This document shows positions 1-12,234 of a stretch of 64,000 nucleotides of DNA, piece after piece. The notes beneath the pieces were generated by a model that saw only the letters and a list, made by a program, of their open reading frames with translations, had not been told where the DNA came from and searched no databases. Each line of letters begins with the position of its first letter. Position 1 is the stretch's first letter. The position numbers were made by a program, and so were the translations under genes. This stretch comes from Xylographa opegraphella (lineage: Eukaryota): NCBI GenBank assembly GCA_022813865.1, contig JALDZX010000029.1:186001-250000 (forward strand), written 5' to 3'.

Positions 1-886
1 GTGTAGAAGACGGAACGGTAGCATACCGGATAGCTTTCGAAGTCAGCAGGACGTCCTTTAAGCTGCAATGAAAACATCTCACTTCCAGCTCACACAAGCG
101 GCCACGACTCCTAGCGGCTCCCATCTGACCTCGTTATACTTGTACATCATCAGGAAATTCGACGGCCTTCGCTCCGATCTCAGTGCTTTTTCTCCATGTT
201 GTATTGTCCACTTCAGTTTTTCTGCAGTAACAAGGATCTCCCCAAAGCTCGCATCAACCTTTGTCTTCCCCGAATCCAAGCAAGCCACGGTAGCGATCGT
301 GTCCTGATTTCGTAGGATGTACCTAAAAATTGCCGTTCGTGAGCTTCTGGTCTGAAGGTGTTAGATATTTGGAACGTAATGGTATGACTGACCTCAACAT
401 AGTCTTCAAGACTCTTCTCCTCTGCCCCCATGTTGTTTTCGCCCATTTCACCTGCGCTTCCTTTGCTTTTGCAATTGCTCTGTCTATTCCATCCGAGGTG
501 GTAGGATTGAAGTTGGCAAGAAGCCTACCATTAGCAGGGCAGTAGCATTGTATTGCACTTGACCCAGAGACCTTCGTAAAAGATACCACTTAGCAATTGC
601 GACATATAGTTAAAGATTCAAGAAACGTTCTATTTACCTTTATATTTGGGTTGTCAAGAACTTCCCCTACCCATGCTGGCGAGCATTGCTCAGGTATCGG
701 CACGGTAAAATTCACAGGCAACTCATCCTCATCGGTTAAAACAGTGTAGGTGAGAATTGTATATATAAATGCTATCACAATGAAGCTTGAAATTATTGCG
801 ACCCAAGGTACTGACTTTGATGGGAACAATTCACGATACGGACGATCGAAGAGATCGAGCATAAATTGCCCGGCAAGGCGCTCCAT
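1..886 (-). CDS. MSC7: MSC7-like aldehyde dehydrogenase, 5' part (continues beyond the left edge)
   Basis: Exons 886-638, 571-393, 322-83 and micro-exon 33-27 join through GT-AG introns. Product has an N-terminal hydrophobic anchor and ALDH motifs IQCYCPANG, ACLDSGKTKVDASFGEILVTAEKLKW and WEPLGVVAACVSWNYP. Confidence 0.85.
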
Positions 887-971
887 GTTCTTGTTTTGTG
901 ACGACTGAACGCCTTGCACACAGCTAACTTTGTCAGGGAATTTGTTTAGGGCTGTTCGCATTGCTTGTCGA

Positions 972-1001
972 TAAAATTCATGCCGCTAAAATTCATGCCG
1001 C
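972..1001. repeat. 15-bp perfect tandem duplication (TAAAATTCATGCCGC x2)
   Basis: Read directly at 972-986 and 987-1001, upstream of the MSC7-like start. Confidence 0.9.
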
Positions 1002-1397
1002 TTGCCGAACTTAGCGCTTGTCGACTAACCTATTTTGCTTAGCACGTCATATCTTGAGCGGGTAACACGCTTAACACTCACTGTGCTCAGCAATTTGCCA
1101 CAACAGGCTCACATCGCGCTTAACACGTACCGCCTTTAACGCTTGCCGCTGTAGGACGTGAGTCTTCTTGATGGATAGGTACATTATATAAGAAGGCAAT
1201 GCATTTCTATCGTAATACAAAAGCAAATTCAACGACTATTGACTGATCCTCGCCTCAAAGTCCTCCTGGCTGAGCAGCCCATGCTCATATAAAACGACAC
1301 TAACTTCCAGAGAATCTGATCTCAGTGATTCAATGCTTTGCCTGAGCACCTTTCGGTCAGCAGTTGTTCTCTTCTCCATGCTTTGAGATTGTTAAGA

Positions 1398-1713
1398 TTA
1401 CCATAAAGCACTTTCTGCTGGCTGCTGCCTGTCCTTTCGTTTCCTTAACTCGGCATCGCTGAGAGTTCCCGCTGCAACATTCAGCGTGTTCTGAACGGAA
1501 CTGGTGGTTTTAGTGGTGGAGAAGTAGGCGTTGAGTTTCTGAGTGATTGCATTGTGATTGAGGTTTCCAAATCGTCTCAGAATCATTGCGTGCTCGAGCT
1601 CCAGCCGCGTCCTCTCCAGTGTCAATATAAAGCTCCATAGAAAATTTGGGTTCAACTACTTACCATAGATGTCTTCCATTCGTAGTACCAGCAAGGTTGG
1701 TGCGGGTTGACAT
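1398..1713 (-). CDS. Putative small Myb/SANT-like helix-turn-helix protein (about 87 aa, two exons)
   Basis: atcATG at 1713 follows a long pyrimidine-rich leader. A GTAAGT donor at 1663 and a weak GAG acceptor at 1612 give MSTRTNLAGTTNGRHL-W-TRLELEHAMILRRFGNLNHNAITQKLNAYFSTTKTTSSVQNTL...RKRKDR. Confidence 0.4.
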
Positions 1714-4208
1714 GATGACGATCGAGGTAGATGTGAGAGGAGTGATCGGTTTTGGGCCGAGGATGATGATGGGCAAGGTGGTTGATAAGTTCGAAAATGA
1801 TGTTGGAAGTTGGATGAAGGATGAAGGAAGGAAGATGAAGCATGCTTATAAACTAGGATGAGAGCGCTAAGGAAGCCACATGTGTATAGTGAATAATTCG
1901 AGCAATATAGCCGACCAAATCCAGGGGATTCCAGAATGTGGGTACTTGGAATTGTGTTCTTGTTTTCGCTCCTTGATGAATCATTGATAGATTTTCGCAC
2001 AGTAAGTCATTTATAGCATCTAGATAAAACGTATATAAATAGAATGAAGCAGAATATTACCACCTACTTCGCCCGGTACTGTAATTCCGAGTTTGAAATT
2101 GTGATAAGTAATGGATTTGGCAATTTGAATTGTCGGGATAACAACGAAGTGAAAGAGTGATGTGACTATGGCCGTTCGACACACTACTGTCACTATCGTC
2201 GTGTTTAGGACAACATAGGTTTCACCAACCTGTGAATGTTTTAATCCACTCTTCGACTTGCAGCAGATACTTTGAAGCTACCCTGATTTGGCCAGTGTTG
2301 GAAACTGATGGATGTTCGTACCGAGCTCATAAGTATCCTATAAGCAAGTACCTAGGATGACGTATAGAAGAGGTAAGCTCGGACCCAAAGATTGCCTGGA
2401 TGCAAGTTCTCTAATTCCTGTTGTTGAAGCGCATATTTCGCCCAGTGCAGCGCGTCGAGCATCGCTGGATCTTTGACATGAGCCAAGAAGGCGGAGCAAG
2501 CTTTCATAATCATATTAGACGAAACAGTCCATATATTGCAGCATCAGCGTAATTTGAGAAGCATTCGGTCGAAGTTCTCTGCTATCAAAGCTATTACTAG
2601 CACCGTATGTTGTGATTATATTCAATACGCGGCAATCGAATATAGACCAGCTGACAACGTGGCGTAACAGAACGATTGCATGATATTATAGATATAGTCC
2701 GTGGTGAAGCCAACGCAGAGGCATGTGTAATACCTACGGGTAACAGATGTCAATCTCCCTGCCAGAATCATGGGCAGTTCTTCAGATAGCATACCACTCC
2801 GCCAAAGCAACAAATCGTGCAATAGAGGATGTGAGACACAAAAAAGATTCAAAAGTAGGACCAGCTTAGATGGTCAAGCATTTGTTGCACCAGAGTTAGC
2901 ATTGAAATCGACCAACCTAAATTAAAGATGCAAAAGAGAAGATACGAATATGACCATCAGCTCAAAAAAGACAATGCAACGTCACACGTATCCTGGACTT
3001 CGAGTTTTACGAGAGACGCATTTGCATTAGAGAGAATGTATCAAATGCCGAGGCAATAGGACCAAGTATACCAGCAATTAAAGAATAGTCACTTGAGGCA
3101 AACCACCATCGGCTTGGAGTACGATACTCTTTCCACTGACTTTCCACGTCATCCATTGCAGAAGCCTGGGTGTCTAACATCTAACCTCATACGGGCATCT
3201 GTCGATCAGATCATCTCTAATGATAATCCACATTGGATTCGATACAAGAGCCATGCTTTGAGAGACATCTCAAGTACAAGGAGAACATTCGGTGCAAGTG
3301 CAAAGGCACTGGTGGACCCTATGCAGCTACTTCTGCTACGGACGGCATTGTAGCTGTCACAAGTCATGACTTATGCGAGTAACAAACTTGAGGTGCATTT
3401 TCCACCGGCGGCTTTCGGCAACGCCAAAGTACCGAATCCATCGCTACACGATTTTACGCTCAACTGTGCACTACCATTAGCCGCATAGCGCTTATTATCT
3501 TAGCGAAAACCCGGTTGGGGCGTTTCGATGCATGCGAAGCATTCCGAGATTTACGTCAAGTGCGATCTACTGTACTTGCACAGTGAAGTGGTGAAAAAAC
3601 ACCTGAGTCCTAGAGGAAGTGGTCATATAATATTCAACGCTGGAATCTGGCAGCATGCTCGTGAGCCAGTGGATAGACTCTAGCTCTAAGACTTAATTGC
3701 CATAGTCATAGAGTGTGTTCACATATCTGTACATGTGGATACTAACGACGATGGCCACTGGACCCGCAAACATAGAACACATGCTTGGGAGCAACGACTT
3801 CTAATCAAGTGGCTGTGAGCGAGCACCGGAGATCCTTGTAGTATTAGGGAATTGCCTTAGAACAACCACTTTAAGCATTGTCTCTCCGCCATGAGGTTTT
3901 GTTCCGAGTCTGATTTCTCATCTGTGTCCTCCGCTCCACCATCCCTTGCTATGACTCTGAGCCAATCGACTATTGGGCAAAGAATGACTCAATTGCTCGT
4001 ATTGCAGAATCATCTGGGTAAACGTTACGTGGACGGAAGGCGCTTCATATAAGTAATACTATATAGAAGACCGAGGTTCGTAAAAAGTACTTCAAAACTG
4101 GTTAAGCACCAGCAGTATGAACGAATGAACATGAACCCAAGTCCATCGTCTCTTCCCCCGCTTCCTAAACTCCTTTCACCAAGGAAAACCTCGAAACCAT
4201 AGGCCGTA

Positions 4209-5015
4209 CTACCACAAGCTTCGGACAAAATTCACCAAGCTCCTCTTCCATGTGATGCCAAAGTCCGCGCACGTCGGCCCGAAGAATTCTTCTGTAGGAC
4301 TGATAAAGAACTGCGCAATACCCATCTTACCTGCACCGCTCGTTGCGCTCCCGCTCGTTACATCCGCCATCAAGAACCGCTTGCTCATTTTCTCCTGCTC
4401 GACACTCTGGATCGCAAGACAGAATTCATAGATCGCATCGGCTGCATTACCTGCATATGCTCTTGGTTGGGTTTCGCCGCAAGCGTCCGAGGTAGGATTG
4501 GCTTTGCCGGTCAAGAGATCGAGTTTAGCGTTTATGTAGTAGATCGGCACCGTGCTACCCATTGCAATGACGAAGCTTATCATCTGACCTGTAAGGATAG
4601 GGTATGTTTCGGCGTAATTCTTGTTCGAAAGGTAGTCATTGACAGAACCGGCGACGCTGTTACACCAGGTGGTGGAGGCCACGGCTGCAGCAGCGATCTG
4701 GGCCCTGCTGCTGTCATAGGCCGTGCCGAAGCAATCTGCAATTGCTAGGCATACGCCGTTGACGGTATCGTCTGAGAAGGTACTATTGGTTACCGACTTG
4801 TAGGTGATGCTAGGAGTGTAGGAGGAGGAATTGAGGCTGCTGTAGCGGGTGGTCCCGGAAGACCCTTTACGGTATAGTCGTATGACTTCTCCAGTGACGA
4901 CATCGGTTGATTCGTAGATTGGCACCGAGCCAGTACTGCCAGCTGGAATCACGGGTAGTACATATGCTGAGGCATATGATATCAGAGAGCCAAGGAGGAG
5001 GATATTGTATCTCAT
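4209..5015 (-). CDS. Secreted 268-aa protein of unknown function (signal peptide, 6 Cys)
   Basis: Intronless ORF with hydrophobic N-terminus MRYNILLLGSLISYASA, six cysteines and dibasic sites. TATATAAA lies about 135 bp upstream. Confidence 0.8.
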   Translation of the reverse strand: MRYNILLLGSLISYASAYVLPVIPAGSTGSVPIYESTDVVTGEVIRLYRKGSSGTTRYSSLNSSSYTPSITYKSVTNSTFSDDTVNGVCLAIADCFGTAYDSSRAQIAAAAVASTTWCNSVAGSVNDYLSNKNYAETYPILTGQMISFVIAMGSTVPIYYINAKLDLLTGKANPTSDACGETQPRAYAGNAADAIYEFCLAIQSVEQEKMSKRFLMADVTSGSATSGAGKMGIAQFFISPTEEFFGPTCADFGITWKRSLVNFVRSLW

Positions 5016-5149
5016 CTTGAAATGTAGAGATAGCTGACTGGTGTAGATGAAACGTAATGGCTTGAAATCGCCAGTGGTGATTGTGGAACGGAAAGAATCA
5101 GGTCAATATGATAATGATGAAGTAAGTATAGAGGGACCTCCTTCCTCCA

Positions 5150-5157
5150 TTTATATA
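5150..5157 (-). promoter_or_regulatory. TATA box of the secreted-protein gene
   Basis: TATATAAA on the minus strand, about 135 bp upstream of the ATG at 5015. Confidence 0.5.
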
Positions 5158-7664
5158 ATGGTCTTGTATTCTGAAGCATCCGCGCTGGACCTATAGAATT
5201 ATCCTACAACTTCGCGATGCTAGGATCAACGTAGAGTGCTTCCGATACCTTGTCAGATCTTGGTGCTGAGAGCTGAACCCTTGGTCAGGTTGCGCTTCAT
5301 GGCCTAATCGGGCAATTATCGCAATCTCAAGAGAGGTCAAATATCGGTCCATGCGACTTTTAGTGTCTTCCGAGCTCGTTTCATGCATTTCGCATCATAA
5401 CATAAGCCGGGTCACGTGATCGCATGGAGGAGCACGAATTAATATGCCTGAATACTCCATAGGCTAGGCTGATCAGCTTACATGAGCTGAGCTCTTTGGG
5501 TTTTGGTATTGTTTCTCCACAAATTACTGACTTCTGCGAGGGCTGAGTCGTCTCTTCAGAAACCAGCAGTGGCCGTGTCGGACAATTTATACTGTACCGA
5601 GGACATCTTAAAAGCCCGTCTGTCGAACCTTATCAGATCGTGTCATTGACAGCTCGAACAGCGCATGGTTCATTCGATCAGCCATCAAAAACTGCAGTGT
5701 CTTACTTGTGAATCCGCTCAAAAGTCGTACGAGTTTAGTCAAGCAAACCATGTGACATCAGCAATATCATCAGGAGATCAGACTGGATAACATCTTAAAC
5801 CACAAGTAAGCAAGTCCAAACAAACAGTGTTCACATATACTGTCACGATAAGCACATATTCAGACGGCATTGAATTATCGCCAAGGAAAGCCATGGATGA
5901 GCTGTCTCCCATTCCCATCGTAAATCGTAAAATTGTACAAGAAAGAAACAGGTACATCGCGATTGCACAGGCGAAAAGGTAGCCTAGACGCTAGTTTTAG
6001 TTAGGGGATGTTTAAGCGAAATCACGGTACGATCGATCCGCAGCATTCTGAAATATACGCTGCTAGGGGATAGGCTGGCGAACTTGTGGGTACTCCGTAC
6101 TTAACTTTGGATTTCCATGTCCACAAAGCCAAATTGAACTAAGCTCAATTTGTGCAAGTGTAATTCTCCAATCTGCGTTTGCAGGTTCTGCAACATAGGG
6201 TCAAAACACATTGACTTGCACGTTTGTTTCAAGTACATCGCACATAACTATGGTCTTAATGACAAAAGTACGGAATAGTGCTACTGCGTCCCTGGCCTCT
6301 CCATGATCTCAAATTGAGCTTTGGAGGGGCTACGCTCCGGTGTATGGTCTTGTCCGAGCGTTATGATGAATATTTTCTGAAATGTGGACTGACGCTTGCT
6401 TGTGGAAAGTGGATGTATCCTATAAGGTATGCATCAGTATGAAAACAGTGAGCTCTCTTTGTCGCGACAAGGTCTCATTGCTGGATAGCTTTGAAACGGG
6501 CCTTGAACTTTGAGTCAGCGGAGGGATGATGAGTACATAGAGCAGGGTATTGTCTGCGCGTTTCAGGAGATACCAACTTTATGAGACAATTGTATTGTCT
6601 GATAATGCTCGACGGCAAACTCATGAGTTGTGTGAAGGAACTTGATCTGTGGATGATGCACCATTTCCGGGTATTGGTTGTCTGGGACTCCTTTGCACAT
6701 CAAAACCAGAGTTAGCAACGAAGTGGTTGATTCCGAGTCGTCTCGAAGTCTTGAACATCGTTAACGAGTTCTTCTTATGCCTAATTGCATCTGTGAACTG
6801 GACCAGCTCCCTTGGAACACCAGCATACGAGGAGAACCAATTACTCCATGCGCTAGACGCAGATGCCAATCCTTGTTTTTGGCCAGCGAGACTAGCAACT
6901 CCTCATGCCTCGCCACAGATCAGAAATGGGTGAGCATTGCTCTGTCAGCACGGGAGAGGATGGTGCGAGGCAGAACTCTTCGGATGATACCAGTACTGCA
7001 CTCATCACTCTGCTGACAACATTCTGCCGCGTACGGTCTGCCTCAATCTTCATCCTCAGCAGCCGTCATTGCCGGCGCTGCTTAAAGCTTGGACGTACTT
7101 CGGAATGTACTATGGAATACTCGAGGTCCGACGTTTTCGAGTGCCTCGAGAGCCAACAAAAGCAATTTTATTCAATATCAGACTCGATGAAGATGAGAAC
7201 AATGTGGACCTTAGGGTAGGAGTAATATTATAAGAACACGGTTCGTCATTCAACACGACTGTTATACGCGATACGACAGGTGAATCAGCATAAATACACA
7301 TGGAAGAGAGCACTACTGAAGTTCAGTCCTCTGTTTTTGAGAAGGTAGTGGTTGTGAGGTTGCTTCTTCCCAAGATATACAGGTTTACAGATCGAAAACA
7401 AGATTGCAATAGCACCGCCATGTAAGACAAGTTTCGTAAAGATACGCTGGCCCGCAGGCCAATGTATCCTGGTTTGTATATACAGAATCTCGATTCTATA
7501 TCCGAGAACCGTATCCTCGTGCTCCATAATACAAATTCCAAAGCACCAGAAAGATCCTAGTATAGCCAAGGTTGTCTAATGGGCTCATGGAATTGTCACT
7601 CGGAGTTGTTCCTGGAACTTTGTACCGATTTTCTGATCCAACACCGAAGATGCCAGTCACCAGT

Positions 7665-8747
7665 TCATTGCTTCATAAGCTTTTGCATGCTCTGTAGTCG
7701 ATAGTCATCTATCGCAGTTATCCAGTCATCCCTTATAACCGAGTAGCTCTCATGCTCATTCAAATGTGGCTTGCGGGGGTTTATAGCCCAATATCCAAAA
7801 TCGGCGTCCATCTCGTGGAGATATCTCATCAGGTTGTCCCAATAATGCTGATCGCCTTTATTTGGACGATTTGGTGCTCCGAACTCACCTACCCAAACAG
7901 GAGCTATGTTTTCTTTGAGTAGATAACCCCAATTTTTGTTCATCTCCTCGACAAAACCAGGATAAGGACGTGTAGCGAAACGGCTCATGCTACCCCAGCC
8001 AGACCAAGAATATACGTGTGCAGAGTAAACCACTCGGTTAGCGATATCAAGCCTGATAGGCCTAGCCCGAGCACCGGAAAGGTCGTTTGCGGATGAAGTG
8101 CCTTCAACAACTATCAACCAGTTTGACTGCATTGCCAACAACCGATTGCCAGCTTTTTCGGCGGCTGGAGCCCAGGAACTCCAACGCATGGTCCCCCAAA
8201 AACCATGGACCTCGTTACGGAGATCTGCACCTATGACGCGGGGATTGTCGATGAATCGTGACATAACGGTCTCCCAGTTTTGAATCCATGACTCCTCTGT
8301 TTGACGAATTCGGCACAGAGAACCAAGATGATCATTGCTCCAAGTTGCATCACAGAGACTGAGCCCATCAAACCACTTTGCATGCGTAATGTGATTGTTA
8401 ATAATCACTGCTAGACCTGCGTCTGTCAAAGCACTCACGCAAGCCTCGTATATGTCAAGAGCCCTCAAACCAATCAGGTCTGGATTTGCGATCAAAAGCG
8501 ATGTAGGAATGATTGGATTAGATATGACCATCTCGTCCGAGTAAGGAAGACGAAGGCTATTGAATCCTAGCTGACGGATCATCTTTGCAATCTCGGAACG
8601 ATGCCGGACATCAAGACCGCCCAATATGAAGAGCTCATCGCTGGCACCATACCAATTGACCGAGGCAAGCTTGAAGCGGACATCATCGGCGTCGACAATA
8701 TTCCGGCCTGACGTACGAAGTGGAGGTTTGAACAAAGCTTCCTTCAT
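7665..8747 (-). CDS. Glycoside hydrolase family 5 (cellulase superfamily), no signal peptide
   Basis: Motifs GRNIVD..FKLASVNWYG, GFNSLRLPYS, acid/base ADLRNEV, VVYSAHVY, nucleophile VWVGEFG and FGYWAIN. Confidence 0.9.
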   Translation of the reverse strand: MKEALFKPPLRTSGRNIVDADDVRFKLASVNWYGASDELFILGGLDVRHRSEIAKMIRQLGFNSLRLPYSDEMVISNPIIPTSLLIANPDLIGLRALDIYEACVSALTDAGLAVIINNHITHAKWFDGLSLCDATWSNDHLGSLCRIRQTEESWIQNWETVMSRFIDNPRVIGADLRNEVHGFWGTMRWSSWAPAAEKAGNRLLAMQSNWLIVVEGTSSANDLSGARARPIRLDIANRVVYSAHVYSWSGWGSMSRFATRPYPGFVEEMNKNWGYLLKENIAPVWVGEFGAPNRPNKGDQHYWDNLMRYLHEMDADFGYWAINPRKPHLNEHESYSVIRDDWITAIDDYRLQSMQKLMKQ

Positions 8748-8970
8748 TTTGAGGGATGAAAGTAGAGCCTATTGTGACTCATTTTCTCAAACGAGGAACG
8801 TATCTTCACAGGAAAGTACCGCTTTAATTCTTGGGGGTTCGAAATAATGCCTGGAGCCTATTGGAGTTACTTGACATGACGTGGAATGTTATTTGGGTCG
8901 GAGGTTTCGGAACTCTAGTCGTTCCGAGCTAACCGAATATAGTATAATCAAATACCAGATGGATTGAATA

Positions 8971-9040
8971 CCTACCTTTACCATATGCCACCTACCTTAC
9001 CTTAGGTACCTTATCTTATGCAGTAGGTACCTTACCTTAT
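8971..9040. repeat. Low-complexity TACCT/AGGTA array
   Basis: cctaccttta...cctaccttaccttaggtaccttatcttatgcagtaggtaccttaccttat lies in the divergent GH5/FATP intergenic region. Confidence 0.7.
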
Positions 9041-9617
9041 CAGGCTTCCCCGCTCAGCCATTTCACCGCTATGTAACGGCGGTACGGGCGATACGTGTAA
9101 TCAATGAATGTATTAAGTACTCAGCGATCGAAACACCATTTTCAAATCAGTATCTATTATTAATAAATTACTATAAGAAGTCGTTGGATGTCGCGAGTCT
9201 GCTCCTGCTTTGCACCTTCGTCCAATCGGCCTTCAAAGCATGGTTTTGTCAAGCTGGAAAGCCACGTGACTGTTGTGAAGTGCCTGATATTTTACCCGGG
9301 CTAATATGCCGTACCGTCACCATCGGCCGAGACTCATCCTTCGGGGTTCAACCTTCACGACATATCTTCTTGAAGATGAGATGGATGTCTGTGAGTCACG
9401 TCTAATGGATGTGTAAAGATAGCGTGTACACTGCAAAGTTCGCTATTTTAATGTTTGTGTCCTCTGTTAGTAGAATACAACCAATAAACCAGTCGTCGAC
9501 GGTTTTTGTTCAACGGCATAGCACACATTCTTGGAATATTCCTTTAGAAGTTACATTTCCTGCGACTTCATATTGATCTTACTCGATTAGCGGTCACAGA
9601 AACTGCTTGACACGGCC

Positions 9618-11644
9618 ATGGGTAAGAGATTTGTTGTATACGACAGTACTGATACTTATCCTGGATGCTAATGACGCACAGAGGCTGCTGCGGTTGCCTT
9701 TACTGGAGCTGCCGCCGCTGCCGCATACTTCGACGCAAAATTCCACATTCGACAAGACCTTAGTAATATCATACGTTTCAGGGCTGGGGATCGAGCATTG
9801 GCGAACGCAGGTATGATTGCCACGCAATTAGGTTGTCATGATAGCGGACGTTTACGGTACGGTTGTTCGTAGTCAAAGAACGTCGGATATCATGCTTCTA
9901 TCTTTTCGAGGCCAATGTTGTCAAATTCCCTGAAGCAGTCGCTATCTGGTCTCGCACTGGCAGCTATACATGGTCTCAAGTCCACCAACGGGCATGTCAA
10001 TATGCAAAGCTCTTTCTTAATCAGGGTGTCGAGCCTGGTCAAATCGTAGGTCTATACATGCAAAACTCCCCCGAATTTCTCTTTATCTGGCTGGGTCTGA
10101 TGGCCATCGGATGTGCACCAGCCATGATCAACTGGAATCTTGGTGCGGACCCACTTGTGCACTGTGTAAAGATATCAAAGACAAAACTTTTGATTGTAGA
10201 TGAAGACCAAAGTTGTCAGGACAGGATCGGAAGCGAGAAGCCAAGAATTGAAAGTGAAATGGGTGTGCATGTTATCACACTGTCAGAAGTCCTCAAAACA
10301 GAAATCGCAAATTCGCAGGCAGCTCGGCCAGAAGACGAATATCGAGCAAATGTCACTGCTGAGTTTCCATGTGCTTTGTTCTATACGAGTGGGACCACAG
10401 GTCTTCCGAAAGCATTCCCTTTCGGTACTGGTCGTCTGTACTCAGGCGGCGCAATATGGTTGTCAGTCATTGGTGGCCAGAAACCGGGGCCTGATGGAGA
10501 CCGCTACTATGTCTGTATGCCTTGCTATCACGGGACTTGTGGGATAACTACAATGAATTGCCTACTCTCCGGTATCTCTGTTGCAATTGCGAAAAAGTTC
10601 AGTACCTCCCAATACTGGCAAGATGTCTATGACTCCCAGGCGACTTTCTTGATTTACGTCGGCGAAGCAGCCCGCTACCTCCTTGCTGCTCCTGTGTCTC
10701 CGCTCGAAAAGCAGCACCGAGTTCGGTGTATGTATGGTAATGGGTTGCGACCAGACGTCTGGTCTAAGTTTCAAGAGCGCTTCAATGTGCCGGAAGTTTG
10801 CGAATTCTTCAATAGCACTGAAGGTATGTTCGGATTAGCGAATCACACCAGGAACACTTTCAAAATGAATGCAGTCGGCCACCACGGGTTGATCATGCGA
10901 TATCTTTTCCACGAAACCTACGTCCCAGTGGAAGTCGATATTGAGACAAACGAGATAGTACGCTCACCGAAGACTGGCTTCGCGAGGCGGAAAAGCTACG
11001 TGGAAGGTGGTGAAATACTTGTGAAGCTGCCGAACAAGACCGCATTTCCAGGATACTGGGGTTCCTCCGAGTCTACCGCGAAAAAGTATGCTCATGACGT
11101 GTTCAAGAAAGGCGATGTGTACTACCGGACTGGGGATGCTTTACGACGTACCGACGATGGTCACTGGATCTTCTTGGACCGCCTTGGCGATACCTATCGG
11201 TGGAAGTCCGAGAACGTGTCCACGGCGGAGGTCGCTGAGATGTTGGGAAGATACCCGGGGATTGTCGAGGCCAATGTGTATGGAGTCCTGGTACCAGGAT
11301 ACGAAGGACGTGCGGGCTGTGCGGCAATAGATTTGGCGGCCCCTATCAAGAATGCCTTTGACTGGAAAGCGTTCACTGAGTATGGAAAGACTAATTTGCC
11401 AAGCTACGCTGTACCGGTCTTCATCAGAGTGGTGGATGGCGGCGTTGGCTCAATGAGCAGTCACAATAACAAGCAGAACAAAGTGCCACTCAGACAAGAA
11501 GGCATAGATCCTCGGTTGAAAGGAACCAAAGTAGCAGGAGGCGAGCGAGATCAGGTGTACTGGTTGGCTCTAAAGGCAGCAGAGTATGTTCCTTTCACGG
11601 AGCAGGATTGGGATAATCTAGTCGTTGGTAAAGCGAGACTGTAA
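9618..11644 (+). CDS. FAT1: FATP-family very-long-chain acyl-CoA synthetase / fatty acid transport protein, peroxisomal
   Basis: Exons 9618-9621, 9682-9810 and 9873-11644. N-terminus AAAAYFDAKFHI, AMP motif YTSGTTGLPK, FATP motif GDVYYRTGD...DRLGDTYRWKSENVST, and C-terminal PTS1 ARL. Confidence 0.9.
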
Positions 11645-12234
11645 TTTATATAAGAGACCAAGGCCTTGGCTAGAAATATTGAATGAGGAAAATTTGGGTA
11701 TCTGAAATCGCGATGTCCACAATATTTCTCACACTACAATTAGTGGGTAACCTGACATCCTGGGGCCTGCAAGTGGGTTCTACATAATATCAATTGTCCT
11801 TTTGTCTCAGTGGTAAACCCCTCGTTGTCCGTGTGGTTTACAGTACTACTACTACGCTTTACTGGCCAGGTGACTGGTCAGCTTTTAACTAGATGTGAAA
11901 TGGGTTAGAGCCTTGGCCGGAGCGCCACGGAATCAAGCTTTTTGAGGGGTCTTCCACGATGCATGACGTTCCTGGAAGCTAAACCCCAGCTCTTTCATAC
12001 CCGTGGCTGACCCGTATCTGTACATCCTGTGGGCTTTTGCCAAATTGGCTTCTGTGCCCATTGGACGCAGTACACAGTAATCATGACGATTGCAAGCGTA
12101 CTCGTAACTAGACCTCCGCTACTTGTAGCAAAGTGTTCCTTCCGACTTCACAGCTCCCAACGTTGCCTATCCACCGACAACCTCAGTGCCCCTCGGTCCA
12201 AAGTCTTGTCAATTGACGGCTTTAGCAAACCATC

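Noticed and set aside
960..1150. Transposon end near the short repeats upstream of MSC7
   Set aside because: No terminal inverted repeat pair, target-site duplication or transposase fragment was found.
6600..7600. Short overlapping ORFs, possible gene remnant
   Set aside because: No recognisable motif or consistent spliced frame.
9618..11644. Secondary-metabolite cluster around the acyl-CoA synthetase
   Set aside because: No PKS, NRPS, tailoring enzymes or cluster regulator nearby.
11795..11860. tRNA-like GTCTCAGTGGTAAA
   Set aside because: No T-loop (GTTCRA) and no acceptor stem.
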